Source: an uncultured Actinomycetes bacterium (GTDB lineage Bacteria; Actinomycetota; Acidimicrobiia; IMCC26256; PALSA-610). Taken from it: 64,000 nt of DNA. Location: NCBI GenBank assembly GCA_963841195.1, contig CAWJBX010000010.1:121519-185518 (forward strand), given 5' to 3'. Positions 41,861 through 50,321 of this stretch are shown piece after piece. Each line of letters starts with the position of its first letter. The stretch's first letter is position 1. The notes beneath the pieces are model-generated. The model was given only the letters and a program-made list of their open reading frames with translations, made no database searches and was not told where the DNA came from. The translations under genes were made by a program, and so were the position numbers.

Positions 41861-42719
41861 CTATCCGGGATTTCCCGCAGCCGGACTCAGGGCCGGGTCC
41901 TGCTTCCGGCCCTTCCGGCCGAGCTGGACGAACCAGACGGTGCCGAAGACGCACAAGACCGCGGAAAGCAACAGGTTGAAGCGGATGCCGAAGATCTTCG
42001 TCGCCTCGTCGATGCGCAGCGCCTCGAACCACACCCGGCCGAAGCAGTACAGCGCTACGTACAGCGCGAACGTTTGTCCCCTCTGCAGCGTGAACCGGTG
42101 CTCCGCATACAACAGGATGCCGAAAACGATCAGGCACCAGAGCGACTCGTACAAGAACGTCGGGTGGAAGGTTGCGTACTGGGTGTAGCCCGCGGGCCGG
42201 TGTGCGACGTCGATCTCGAGACCCCACGGCAATGTCGTGGGACGACCGAACAGCTCTTGGTTGAAGTAGTTCCCCCAGCGCCCGATCGCTTGCGCGAGCA
42301 CGATGCCCGGAGCCATCGCGTCCATCGAGCACGAGCGCGTCGAGATGCTTGACGCGCGAAACAATCCACACCGCGATGAGACCACCGATAACCGCGCCCC
42401 AAATCGAGAGGCCGCCTTTCCAGATCTCGACCGTTCCGACGATGCCGTTCTCACTCCACTTGTATCCGGTGAACAAGTGGTACACGCGCGCGCCGATAAC
42501 GCCGGCGATGACGACCGGAATCGCGATCTGGCCGATTTCCTTCGGATCGTGACCAGCTTTGGCCCACCGCTTTTCCGAGACGTACACGGCCACGAGCACA
42601 CCGATCGCGAGCATGAGCCCGTAGGCATGCAGCGCAATCGGTCCGATGTGTACCATTCCGTCGCTGGGGCTCGGGATGTAACCGGCGGACACGAGAGCCG
42701 AGCCTAGAGCGCTCGCCAT
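41861..42719 (-). pseudogene. lgt: prolipoprotein diacylglyceryl transferase, frameshift near 42320
   Basis: IGPIALHAYGLMLAIG and GGLSIWGAVIGG are in the 5' frame. GRWGNYFNQELFGRPT is in the 3' frame. Confidence 0.85.
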
Positions 42720-42749
42720 TCAAGACCGAAGCGGCAGGAGGCCGATGCA

Positions 42750-43709
42750 ATGTCTATGGGGGGACGCTTCGCCGTCGCAGTAATTGCAGTGTCGATCGCA
42801 TGCTCCACCGCGGCCTGCGTGCCGACCGGGGGTGGCGGCGGAGGCGGCGGGTCGGCCAATCCGCCCGTGATCTCCGGCTGCCAGATCATGCCCTCCGACA
42901 ACGCGTGGAACGAGAAGGTCGACACGCTGCCGGTGCTCTCGAACTCGGCGGCGCTCGTCACCAGCATCAACAACGGTTCGCCGAAGAATCTGCACGCCGA
43001 CTTCGGTGGCGACGGCGCCTATGGCATTCCGTACATGGTCGTGCCCTCGACGCAGGCGAAGGTCCCGATCAACTACACCGCCTACGGCGACGAGAGCGAC
43101 CCGGGGCCGTTCCCGATTCCGTCGAACGCGCCGGTCGAAGGCGGTTCCACGAGTGACGGCGACCGTCACGTGATCGTGCTGCAGCAAGGCACGTGCCACG
43201 ACTACGAGTTGTACAACGCGCACTGGAGCACCAATCACTGGAACGCCGACGCGGGTGTGAACTGGAACTTGTCGTCGGACGCGTTGCGGCCGCTCGGTTA
43301 CACGTCGGCCGACGCGGCGGGTCTGCCGATCTTGCCGGGACTCGCAAACTACGACCAGGTCGCGAGCGGGAAGATCACGCACGCGTTGCGCTTCACGGTG
43401 CCCGTGTCGCAGAAGGGCTACATCTTCCCGGCGACGCACTATGCGTCGTCGTCGACGAACGCCAACCTGCCGCCGATGGGGCTGCGTTTACGCTTGAAAG
43501 CGTCGTTCGATTTGACGAAGTTTCACGGCGAAGCGTTGGTGATCCTGCAAGCGCTGAAGGTCTACGGGATGATCGTCGCCGATAACGGCTCGTCGTGGTA
43601 CATCTCCGGCGCGGTCGACAAGCGTTGGAACGACACCGATCTCAACCAGTTGAAGACGGTGCCGGGCACGGCGTTCGAAGCCGTCAACACTGGCACGGTT
43701 CATCACTGA
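42750..43709 (+). CDS. secreted/lipoprotein of unknown function
   Basis: Signal peptide with Cys (VIAVSIACSTAAC), a Gly8 linker, and an intact 319-aa ORF with coding-like composition. Confidence 0.6.
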   Translation: MSMGGRFAVAVIAVSIACSTAACVPTGGGGGGGGSANPPVISGCQIMPSDNAWNEKVDTLPVLSNSAALVTSINNGSPKNLHADFGGDGAYGIPYMVVPSTQAKVPINYTAYGDESDPGPFPIPSNAPVEGGSTSDGDRHVIVLQQGTCHDYELYNAHWSTNHWNADAGVNWNLSSDALRPLGYTSADAAGLPILPGLANYDQVASGKITHALRFTVPVSQKGYIFPATHYASSSTNANLPPMGLRLRLKASFDLTKFHGEALVILQALKVYGMIVADNGSSWYISGAVDKRWNDTDLNQLKTVPGTAFEAVNTGTVHH

Positions 43710-44467
43710 GCGTTCAGCTCGGCGAGCGCCTGGTTCGCCGCGGCGATCATGTCGTGTTCGGTCAGCCAGCGCACGTCGGTGAGGAGCCGGCGCGTACGGT
43801 TGATCCGCAGACGAAACGCGTCCGGCGGTTCGTCGAGCACGAGCGCGATCTTGGCGGGATCGTCGAACGTGAGGACGACGTAGTCCCAGAGGGGATCGCC
43901 GCGACCGTGATCCGACCAGTCGAGCACCGCGACCACTTCATCGCCCTGCAAGATGAAGTGCTCGGCTTGGAGGTCGCCGTGGACCCACGTGATCGGTGGG
44001 AGTGGGAGCGCGGCGCTCATCATCCGTCGAATGTTGTCGGCGCTCGCAGGCGCGAGCCCGTGGGCGCACGCGTATTCGAGTTCGGGTTCTAACTCGTGGG
44101 TGAAGCCACCGCCGAGTGGCCCGATCGGCGGCGCGGCGTGAATTCGTTTCGTCACCGCGGCGGCGGCGCGCCACGCCTCGTCAGACGAATCCGCGCGCAG
44201 TTGCTCACCGGGAACGAAGCGCATCGCGAGCGCGCCCCGCTCGACCGCCACCACTTCGGGGACGGGGATGCCGTGCGCGGCGGCATGCAACTGGCCGGCC
44301 GCTTCGTTGAGGAGCTCTTCCTCGTGTGCGTCGGCCTTGACGACGAACTCGTCGTTCCCGACGCGGACTCGGTAGGTGGCGCGATGGTCCCAGACGATGA
44401 GGGGTTGTACGTCGGCGGGCGGCGCGCCGAGTAACCGCACGCACAGCTGAACGGGACTGGGCAGCAC
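43703..44467 (-). CDS. aminoglycoside-phosphotransferase-fold (APH) kinase family protein
   Basis: Catalytic-loop pattern WVHGDLQAEHFIL...VLDWSDHGRGDPLWD. GTG start. Confidence 0.8.
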   Translation of the reverse strand: MLPSPVQLCVRLLGAPPADVQPLIVWDHRATYRVRVGNDEFVVKADAHEEELLNEAAGQLHAAAHGIPVPEVVAVERGALAMRFVPGEQLRADSSDEAWRAAAAVTKRIHAAPPIGPLGGGFTHELEPELEYACAHGLAPASADNIRRMMSAALPLPPITWVHGDLQAEHFILQGDEVVAVLDWSDHGRGDPLWDYVVLTFDDPAKIALVLDEPPDAFRLRINRTRRLLTDVRWLTEHDMIAAANQALAELNAQ

Positions 44468-44526
44468 GGGCCGGACGCTACGTGCGCACTACGCCGCGGG
44501 ACTCCCATTTGTACGCCGAACCCATG

Positions 44527-44606
44527 TCGACGATTCGTCGAACGAATCGTCAATACTGCACACGGGGGTTGTGACCAGGCGCGATGCGAATGCGACGAAT
44601 TCGTCG
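44527..44606. promoter_or_regulatory. three ACGA-W-TCGT palindromes (candidate operator sites) upstream of the ferredoxin gene
   Basis: TCGACGATTCGTCGA (44527-44541), ACGAATCGT (44542-44550) and CGACGAATTCGTCG (44593-44606). TAAAAT at 44635-44640 lies 6 nt before ATG 44647. Confidence 0.35.
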
Positions 44607-44646
44607 GCGGGGATTTCACACGCGAAACCCGGGATAAAATCGGTTC

Positions 44647-45060
44647 ATGGCCCGCACGGACGCAAACCCGCCGATGCCCGAGTTCTCGACCTCCTACGTC
44701 CTCCAAGAGGTCGACCCGAAATGGCTCACCAGCGCGGTCAAACCCAAACAGTTCCTCCACATCGACCAAGCCGAATGCATCATGTGCGAAGGCTGCGTCG
44801 ACATCTGCCCCTGGAAATGCATCCACATGCTCTCCACCGGCGCCATCGACGAAGCCCTCAACGCCGACAAACCCGGCGACGACCCCAAAGACCACGTCTT
44901 CTTCGTCGTCGACGAAGACGTCTGCACCCGCTGCGCCCTCTGCGTCGACCGCTGCCCCACCGGCGTCATCATCCTCGGCAAAGTCACCGACCAATGGCGC
45001 AACGGCGACCCCAACGTCCGCACCAACCGACACGGCTACGCCTACGGCGTTCGGTTTTAG
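44647..45060 (+). CDS. 2x[4Fe-4S] dicluster ferredoxin-domain protein
   Basis: CIMCEGCVDICP and CTRCALCVDRCP cluster motifs. Intact 137-aa ORF. Confidence 0.85.
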   Translation: MARTDANPPMPEFSTSYVLQEVDPKWLTSAVKPKQFLHIDQAECIMCEGCVDICPWKCIHMLSTGAIDEALNADKPGDDPKDHVFFVVDEDVCTRCALCVDRCPTGVIILGKVTDQWRNGDPNVRTNRHGYAYGVRF

Positions 45061-45085
45061 TCGCCGAGCGGGTACGTTCCCTCAT

Positions 45086-45805
45086 GTGCCCGACGTCGAC
45101 GTTCGCAAAGCCGATACGCGTTTCCACACCGATATCTCGTGGCTCGACAGCTGGCACAGCTTCAGCTTCGGCGAGCACTACGACGCCGACAACACGCACC
45201 ACGGATTGTTGCTCGTCTTCAACGACGACGTGATCGCGCCCAGCGGCGCGTTCGGCACGCATCCCCATCGCGACATGGAGATCGTCACCTGGGTGCTCGA
45301 CGGCACGTTGGAACATCGCGACAGCGAAGGCAACGTCGGCACGATCATCCGGAACACGGCGCAGCGTATGAGCGCGGGCACCGGAATCCGCCACTCGGAA
45401 TCGAACGCGAGCGCGTCCGAGCCGCTCCACTTGTTGCAGATGTGGGTGCCACCCGACACGCGTGGCCTGCCGCCGTCGTATGAGCAGCGCGACGTCGTCG
45501 CCGATCTCGAACCCGACACGCTGTTCCCGCTCGCGTCGGGCCGCGAGAACGACGCCGCCATCAAGATCCACCAGCACGATGCGACGCTCTGGATCGCGCG
45601 CATGACACCGGGCACCGCGCTCACGATGCCCGACGCGCCGTTCGTCGACGTGTTCATCGCACGCGGCGAAGCCACGCTCGAGGGTGCCGGTCACCTCGAA
45701 CAGGGTGACGCCGCCCGCCTCACCGACGCCGGTTCCCTCACGCTCACCGCGAACGCCGACGACACCGAAGCCGTGATCTGGGAAACCTGGGCGGAACTTA
45801 CTTGA
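45086..45805 (+). CDS. pirin family protein
   Basis: Cupin metal motif FGTHPHRDMEIVTWVLDGTLEH and MSAGTGIRHSE. GTG start. Confidence 0.85.
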   Translation: MPDVDVRKADTRFHTDISWLDSWHSFSFGEHYDADNTHHGLLLVFNDDVIAPSGAFGTHPHRDMEIVTWVLDGTLEHRDSEGNVGTIIRNTAQRMSAGTGIRHSESNASASEPLHLLQMWVPPDTRGLPPSYEQRDVVADLEPDTLFPLASGRENDAAIKIHQHDATLWIARMTPGTALTMPDAPFVDVFIARGEATLEGAGHLEQGDAARLTDAGSLTLTANADDTEAVIWETWAELT

Positions 45806-46637
45806 CGAGCCGCGACAGCCGGCGGTCGGCCAACACCTTCCCACCGGTCTGACACGTCGGGCAGTACACGACCTCGTGCGACTCGTAGGAGACGCGCTTC
45901 AAATCGGCGCCGCACGTCGGGCACGGGACACCGGCTTTGCCGTGCACCGTGAAGTGCTCGCCCAACTTGTTCTGCGACAAGCCGCCTTCGCGGCCGCGCT
46001 CGCGTTCCAACCCTTCGTCGAGCACCTCGTGCAGCGCGGCCAACAAGCGCTCACGCTCTTCGGCCGACAACGACTTCAACGACGCGTACGGCGACAACTG
46101 CGCGCGGTGCAACACGTCGTCGGCATAGCCGCGACCGACGCCGGCGACCGTGCGTTGATCGCGCAAGATCGTGTGGATGCGGCGGCCGTCGTCGGATGTT
46201 CGCACGAACGCAGCGAACTCGTCGCTCGCCGCTTCGGGACCGAGCTTGTCGAGCGGGCCGTCGTCGCCGGGCGCAAGCACCCACCAGCCGGCTTTGCGTT
46301 CGGTGCCGTGCTCGCGCAACAACACCGCCCGATCGTCGGAGAAACGCCACCGCACGACCGACCCTTTGGGCTTCGTCTTCTTCGGTGGCTGTTCGAAGTC
46401 GAGGCGGCCCGCCTGCGACAAGTGAAAAACAATCCGCAGTCCGTTGTCGAACCACAGCGACACGTACTTCGCCCGCCGATCGACCCGCTCGAGCCGGGCG
46501 CCGACCAACGCTTCGGGCGGCGGGTCGTACGTCTTCAGCCCGGTGAACCCGAGTGGGGCGTAGCCCTCGAATGTCGCGTCGTGCAGCCACTCGGCGATGC
46601 GCTCGCCGAGGGCCTGCATCTGGGGCGCCTCCGGCAT
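45798..46637 (-). CDS. Fpg/Nei family DNA glycosylase
   Basis: N-terminal MPE catalytic dyad, H2TH region, and C-terminal zinc finger CPTCGADL...CPTCQ. Confidence 0.85.
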   Translation of the reverse strand: MPEAPQMQALGERIAEWLHDATFEGYAPLGFTGLKTYDPPPEALVGARLERVDRRAKYVSLWFDNGLRIVFHLSQAGRLDFEQPPKKTKPKGSVVRWRFSDDRAVLLREHGTERKAGWWVLAPGDDGPLDKLGPEAASDEFAAFVRTSDDGRRIHTILRDQRTVAGVGRGYADDVLHRAQLSPYASLKSLSAEERERLLAALHEVLDEGLERERGREGGLSQNKLGEHFTVHGKAGVPCPTCGADLKRVSYESHEVVYCPTCQTGGKVLADRRLSRLVK

Positions 46638-46638
46638 A

Positions 46639-47160
46639 TCACCGTGAATCGTAGGACGCGGCGCCCCGCGTCCAGTCCGGGCCGTTCCCCCAGTTCAACC
46701 GGGTGCGCTTCTGCGCGTGGTCAGGGTCGAACTCCCGACACGCGGCCTGGTACTCCTTCATCGTGCGCACGCCTTCGGGCAACGACCAGAAGTCTTCTTC
46801 GAGCGAGAACCGGCCCGCGCCCGCGTACTGCAACACGGTCATGCCGGGGAAGTCGATCGGCGCGGCACCGGGCTTCGGGTTGTCGCGCCGGTTCTGCATG
46901 TAGACGACGACCCGCCCGCCGGCGTCGATCATGTGCCATTCGTACGCGGTGTAGATCTCGCCGTACTCGGCCATCGTCGGATTGATCCACGCCCGCACCG
47001 CTTCCCGACCGGAATGCGATCCGAGCACGTGTTCGATGTAGGTGACGTCGTCGGTGAAACACAGGTCGCACCACTCGTCCCAGTTCTCGCCGACGGCACC
47101 CAGCTCCCAGTACTGACGAAACGCTTGCTCGACCTCGTCACGATCAACACTCATATTCAT
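46639..47160 (-). CDS. SnoaL/NTF2-like domain protein
   Basis: Intact 173-aa ORF. ATG 47160 and its SD lie inside the first unit of the tandem repeat. Confidence 0.65.
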   Translation of the reverse strand: MNMSVDRDEVEQAFRQYWELGAVGENWDEWCDLCFTDDVTYIEHVLGSHSGREAVRAWINPTMAEYGEIYTAYEWHMIDAGGRVVVYMQNRRDNPKPGAAPIDFPGMTVLQYAGAGRFSLEEDFWSLPEGVRTMKEYQAACREFDPDHAQKRTRLNWGNGPDWTRGAASYDSR

Positions 47161-47341
47161 TGGTCGACTCCACGCTCCGCTCGCTCCGCTGTCGTCTCAC
47201 ACTTCATTGGTCGACTCCACGCTCCGCTCGCTCCGCTGTCGTCTCAACTTCATTGGTCGACTCCACGCTCCGCTCGCTCCGCTGTCGTTCACACTTCATC
47301 GGTCGACTCCACGCTCCGCTCGCTCCGCTGTCGTCTCATAC
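47156..47341 (-). repeat. MIRU-like tandem repeat, 4 units of 47/46/46/47 nt
   Basis: Units start at 47156, 47203, 47249 and 47295 (ttcatYggtcgactccacgctccgctcgctccgctgtcgt...). The array spans from the SDR stop (47336-47338) to the ATG of the next gene (47158-47160). Confidence 0.95.
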
Positions 47342-48108
47342 GGCAGTCAATCCTCCATCGACGGCGAGCACTTGGCCCGTGATGTACGACGCGTCGTCAC
47401 TCAACAGGAACACCACCGGCGCCGCGACTTCCCACGCCGACGCTTGCCGCCCGAGCGGCACCGGGGCTTTCGTGCGCGCCGGCCGTCCCTGCGTCGCGCG
47501 GCGCCCCAACGGTGTGTCGATCAAACCCGGCGCGACGACGTTGGCGCGCACACCGCTCCGCGCGCCTTCCAACGCGACGTGCCGGCACAATCCCGCGAGC
47601 GCGGCCTTCGACGTGTCGTACGCGGGAATGCGAGTGCCGGCCACCAGACCGGCGATCGAAGAGATCAACACGATCGCGCTGCCCGCTTCCATCACGGGGA
47701 GCGCGGCGCGACACAACAAGAAGTGAGCGCGCACGTTGACCGACTGAACCGCATCCCACTCGTCGACGCTCGTCTCGGCCAGCCCGCGCCCCAGGCCGAT
47801 GCCGACGTTGCAAACCATCCCGTCGAGACCACCGAGCGCCGCGGCCGATTCCGCGACCATGCGCTCGCAATCCGCGGCCGACGACACGTCGCCGAGCACG
47901 ACCTCGGCGCGCCCGCCCGCGTTCTTTACAAGCCGTGCAGTTTCGAGCGCGGCGTCCTCGTCGACGTCGGCGCATGCAACCGTCGCTCCCTCTTGCGCCG
48001 CGAGCACTGCAATCGCGCGGCCGTTGCCGATCGGCGCGTCCGGATCGGAAGAACGCCGGGTTCCGGCACCGACCACCACAACGCGACGCCCGGACAGGCG
48101 GGGAGTCA
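47336..48108 (-). CDS. short-chain dehydrogenase/reductase (SDR)
   Basis: VVGAGTRRS...GNGRAIA Rossmann region and YDTSKAA catalytic motif. Start taken at ATG 48108 (MTPRLSGRRVVVVGAG). Confidence 0.85.
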
Positions 48109-48133
48109 TGCGCGGAGTGTACGTTGCGCGCTC

Positions 48134-48652
48134 ATGTCCGAGCTTTCCGACGTTGCACCGAACTTCGTTGCCATGGCACACGAAATCGTGTGGTGCACCG
48201 TCGCGACGGTCGACCACCAAGGCCGGCCCCGCACGCGCATCTTGCACCCGCTCTGGGAGTGGAACGGCACCGCGATCACCGGATGGATTGCAACCGGTCC
48301 GACGCCCACCAAGCGGTCGCATCTCGCGCACAGTCCCTACGTGTCGTGCAGCTACTGGACCGACAATCACGACACCTGCACCGCCGAGTGCAGAGCGGTG
48401 TGGCACTACGACGACGAGACGTGCGTCGCGGTTTGGAACAAGTTCAAGAACGCGCCGCCGCCGGTCGGTTACGACCCCGGCATCGTGCCCGCATGGACAA
48501 GCCCAACCGCGGAAGGCTTCGCGGTGCTGCAACTCGAACCGTGGCGCTTGCGCGTCTTCCCGGGCACGTTCTTGTTGACCGCGGGCACCGAGGGCGAAGT
48601 GCTCGTGTGGTCCGACGACGAAAGCGTTCCGGGCGTCACGACACCCGCGTAA
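48134..48652 (+). CDS. pyridoxamine 5'-phosphate oxidase-fold (PPOX-class) protein
   Basis: Split-barrel pattern WCTVATVDHQGRPRTRILHPLWEW...LQLEPWRLRVFPG. Start taken at ATG 48134. Confidence 0.65.
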   Translation: MSELSDVAPNFVAMAHEIVWCTVATVDHQGRPRTRILHPLWEWNGTAITGWIATGPTPTKRSHLAHSPYVSCSYWTDNHDTCTAECRAVWHYDDETCVAVWNKFKNAPPPVGYDPGIVPAWTSPTAEGFAVLQLEPWRLRVFPGTFLLTAGTEGEVLVWSDDESVPGVTTPA

Positions 48653-48667
48653 CAAAACCTGCCCGCG

Positions 48668-50251
48668 CTAGTCGCGGTTGCGTTTCTCTTCGATGCGCTG
48701 GCGAAGAATCTCGCGGCGTTCTTGCACGTCGCGATAGGTCAACTTGTCGACACCGGGCACACCCATGCCGGCGCGGACGGCGTCCATGTCGAACGCGTTG
48801 ACGGCTTCGGGATCGATACCGAGCTCGGCTGCAAGGCGCGCGCCGTGGCGCAGCGCGATTTCGGTGTGGATTTGCTGCAGCTCGCCGAGGATGTCGAGGT
48901 CGGGCGCGAGGCGCGCAATCGCACCGTCGAGAAACATCATGTTCTTCACGAACAACATCAACTCTTTCGGCGCACGCGCGCCGTAACCGAGCAGCTTCTT
49001 CGTGAGGTCTTGCAACTCGTGCACGAGCTCGTCGGCCGAAAGCGTCGTCGGGTCGATCGTGCGGTCGAGCCCGAGATCGGTGAACACGGCGTCGAGATCG
49101 GTGTCGGGCGGGAACGCGCCGAGATCCCGCAACGCGCGGAGCTGGCCCATCGTGTCGCCACTCGTGGCGCCGACGAGCAGCATCAAAAACGCAAGCCGTT
49201 TCGTTTCGTCGAGCCGACCGGTGATGCCGAAGTCCATCAAGACCGTGCGACCGTCGGGGCGCACCATCAGGTTGCCGCCGTGCAAGTCACCGTGGAAGAC
49301 GCCGTACAACATCGCGCCTTCCATGAACGAGACGAGCCCCGCGTGCAACACCGCTTCGGTGTCGACGCCCGCGGCATGCATCGCTTGCACGTCGTCCCAC
49401 GGAATGCCGTCGAGGCGTTCCATTACGAGCACGCGGCGCGTCACGAGCTCGGGGTGCGGACGGGGAACGATCGTCGCGCGCTGTTCGGTTTCGGCGAGCA
49501 CACGCGCAACGTCGAGCATGTTCTCCGCTTCGAGCCGGAAATCGAGCTCTTCGACGATCGTCTCCGCGAACAACTCGATGAGTGCGGGCGGATTTGCGAG
49601 CGCGGCGATCGGGATGCGACCGGTGAGGTACGGCGCCAGCCATGCCATCGCTTCGATGTCCTCGCGAACGAGGCGCGCGATCTGAGGCCGCTGCACTTTG
49701 ACGACGACGTCTTCGCCGGTGCGCAGACGGGCCGCGTGCACCTGCGCGATCGACGCCGCCGCGATCGGCACCCGTTCGAACGACGCGAACACGTCGTCGA
49801 GGGAACGACCGAGATCGAGTTCGACCACGCGGCGTACTGCGTCGAACGGCTCGGCGGGAACACGGTCGCGCAGGAGCTTGAACTCGCTGACGAGCTCCTC
49901 GGGGAAGAGTCCTTCACCACCCGAGACGATCTGCCCGAGCTTGATGTACGTGGGGCCGAGGCGGCTGAACGCGACGCGCAAACGGCGGGAGAGGTCTCGG
50001 CGCGAATACGGCGGGCCTTTGCGCCGAGCGCCAACGGCCCAGAGACCGAGTGCCGAACCGACGCCCCACATCACCTTGACGAGGCGGCCGAGCGGCGGAA
50101 GATGACCCGTCTCCAGCCAGCGCGGCACGTCGGCGTGGGCCTGGGCTCGGGCGGCGGCGACGTCGCGTCGCCACGTGAAGGTGTCGGGATCGACGACCCA
50201 GGGACCGTTGTCCGTAAACGATCCGATCGCCAGATCCGGTGACACGCTCAT
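48668..50251 (-). CDS. ABC1/UbiB-family atypical protein kinase
   Basis: LGPTYIKLGQIVS, AAASIAQVHAARL and HGDLHGGNLMV. Start taken at ATG 50251 because the longer TTG-start ORF would run through the upstream terminator hairpin. Confidence 0.85.
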   Translation of the reverse strand: MSVSPDLAIGSFTDNGPWVVDPDTFTWRRDVAAARAQAHADVPRWLETGHLPPLGRLVKVMWGVGSALGLWAVGARRKGPPYSRRDLSRRLRVAFSRLGPTYIKLGQIVSGGEGLFPEELVSEFKLLRDRVPAEPFDAVRRVVELDLGRSLDDVFASFERVPIAAASIAQVHAARLRTGEDVVVKVQRPQIARLVREDIEAMAWLAPYLTGRIPIAALANPPALIELFAETIVEELDFRLEAENMLDVARVLAETEQRATIVPRPHPELVTRRVLVMERLDGIPWDDVQAMHAAGVDTEAVLHAGLVSFMEGAMLYGVFHGDLHGGNLMVRPDGRTVLMDFGITGRLDETKRLAFLMLLVGATSGDTMGQLRALRDLGAFPPDTDLDAVFTDLGLDRTIDPTTLSADELVHELQDLTKKLLGYGARAPKELMLFVKNMMFLDGAIARLAPDLDILGELQQIHTEIALRHGARLAAELGIDPEAVNAFDMDAVRAGMGVPGVDKLTYRDVQERREILRQRIEEKRNRD

Positions 50252-50270
50252 ACCAGAACGATAGATGGGT

Positions 50271-50307
50271 GCGTCGCTTTGCCGGTCATAGACCGGCAAA
50301 GCGACGC
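50271..50307 (-). terminator. perfect 17-bp hairpin downstream of the Rpf-like gene
   Basis: GCGTCGCTTTGCCGGTC-ata-GACCGGCAAAGCGACGC, 15 nt after the TAA stop at 50322-50324. Confidence 0.75.
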
Positions 50308-50321
50308 CCCGTCAGAACCGA

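Noticed and set aside
44152-45033. A 293-codon minus-strand ORF antisense to the ferredoxin gene, made almost only of Gly/Ala/Val/Asp/Glu.
   Set aside because: It follows directly from the sense strand using NNC/NNA codons, which makes the aligned antisense codons GNN/TNN. It also runs through the intergenic palindromes and into the neighbouring kinase gene out of frame. There are no start-site signals.
47156-47341. A possible CRISPR array.
   Set aside because: The units are directly contiguous with no unique spacers. The unit length is 46-47 nt and there are only four copies. No cas genes are in the window. It is a tandem minisatellite, not a CRISPR.
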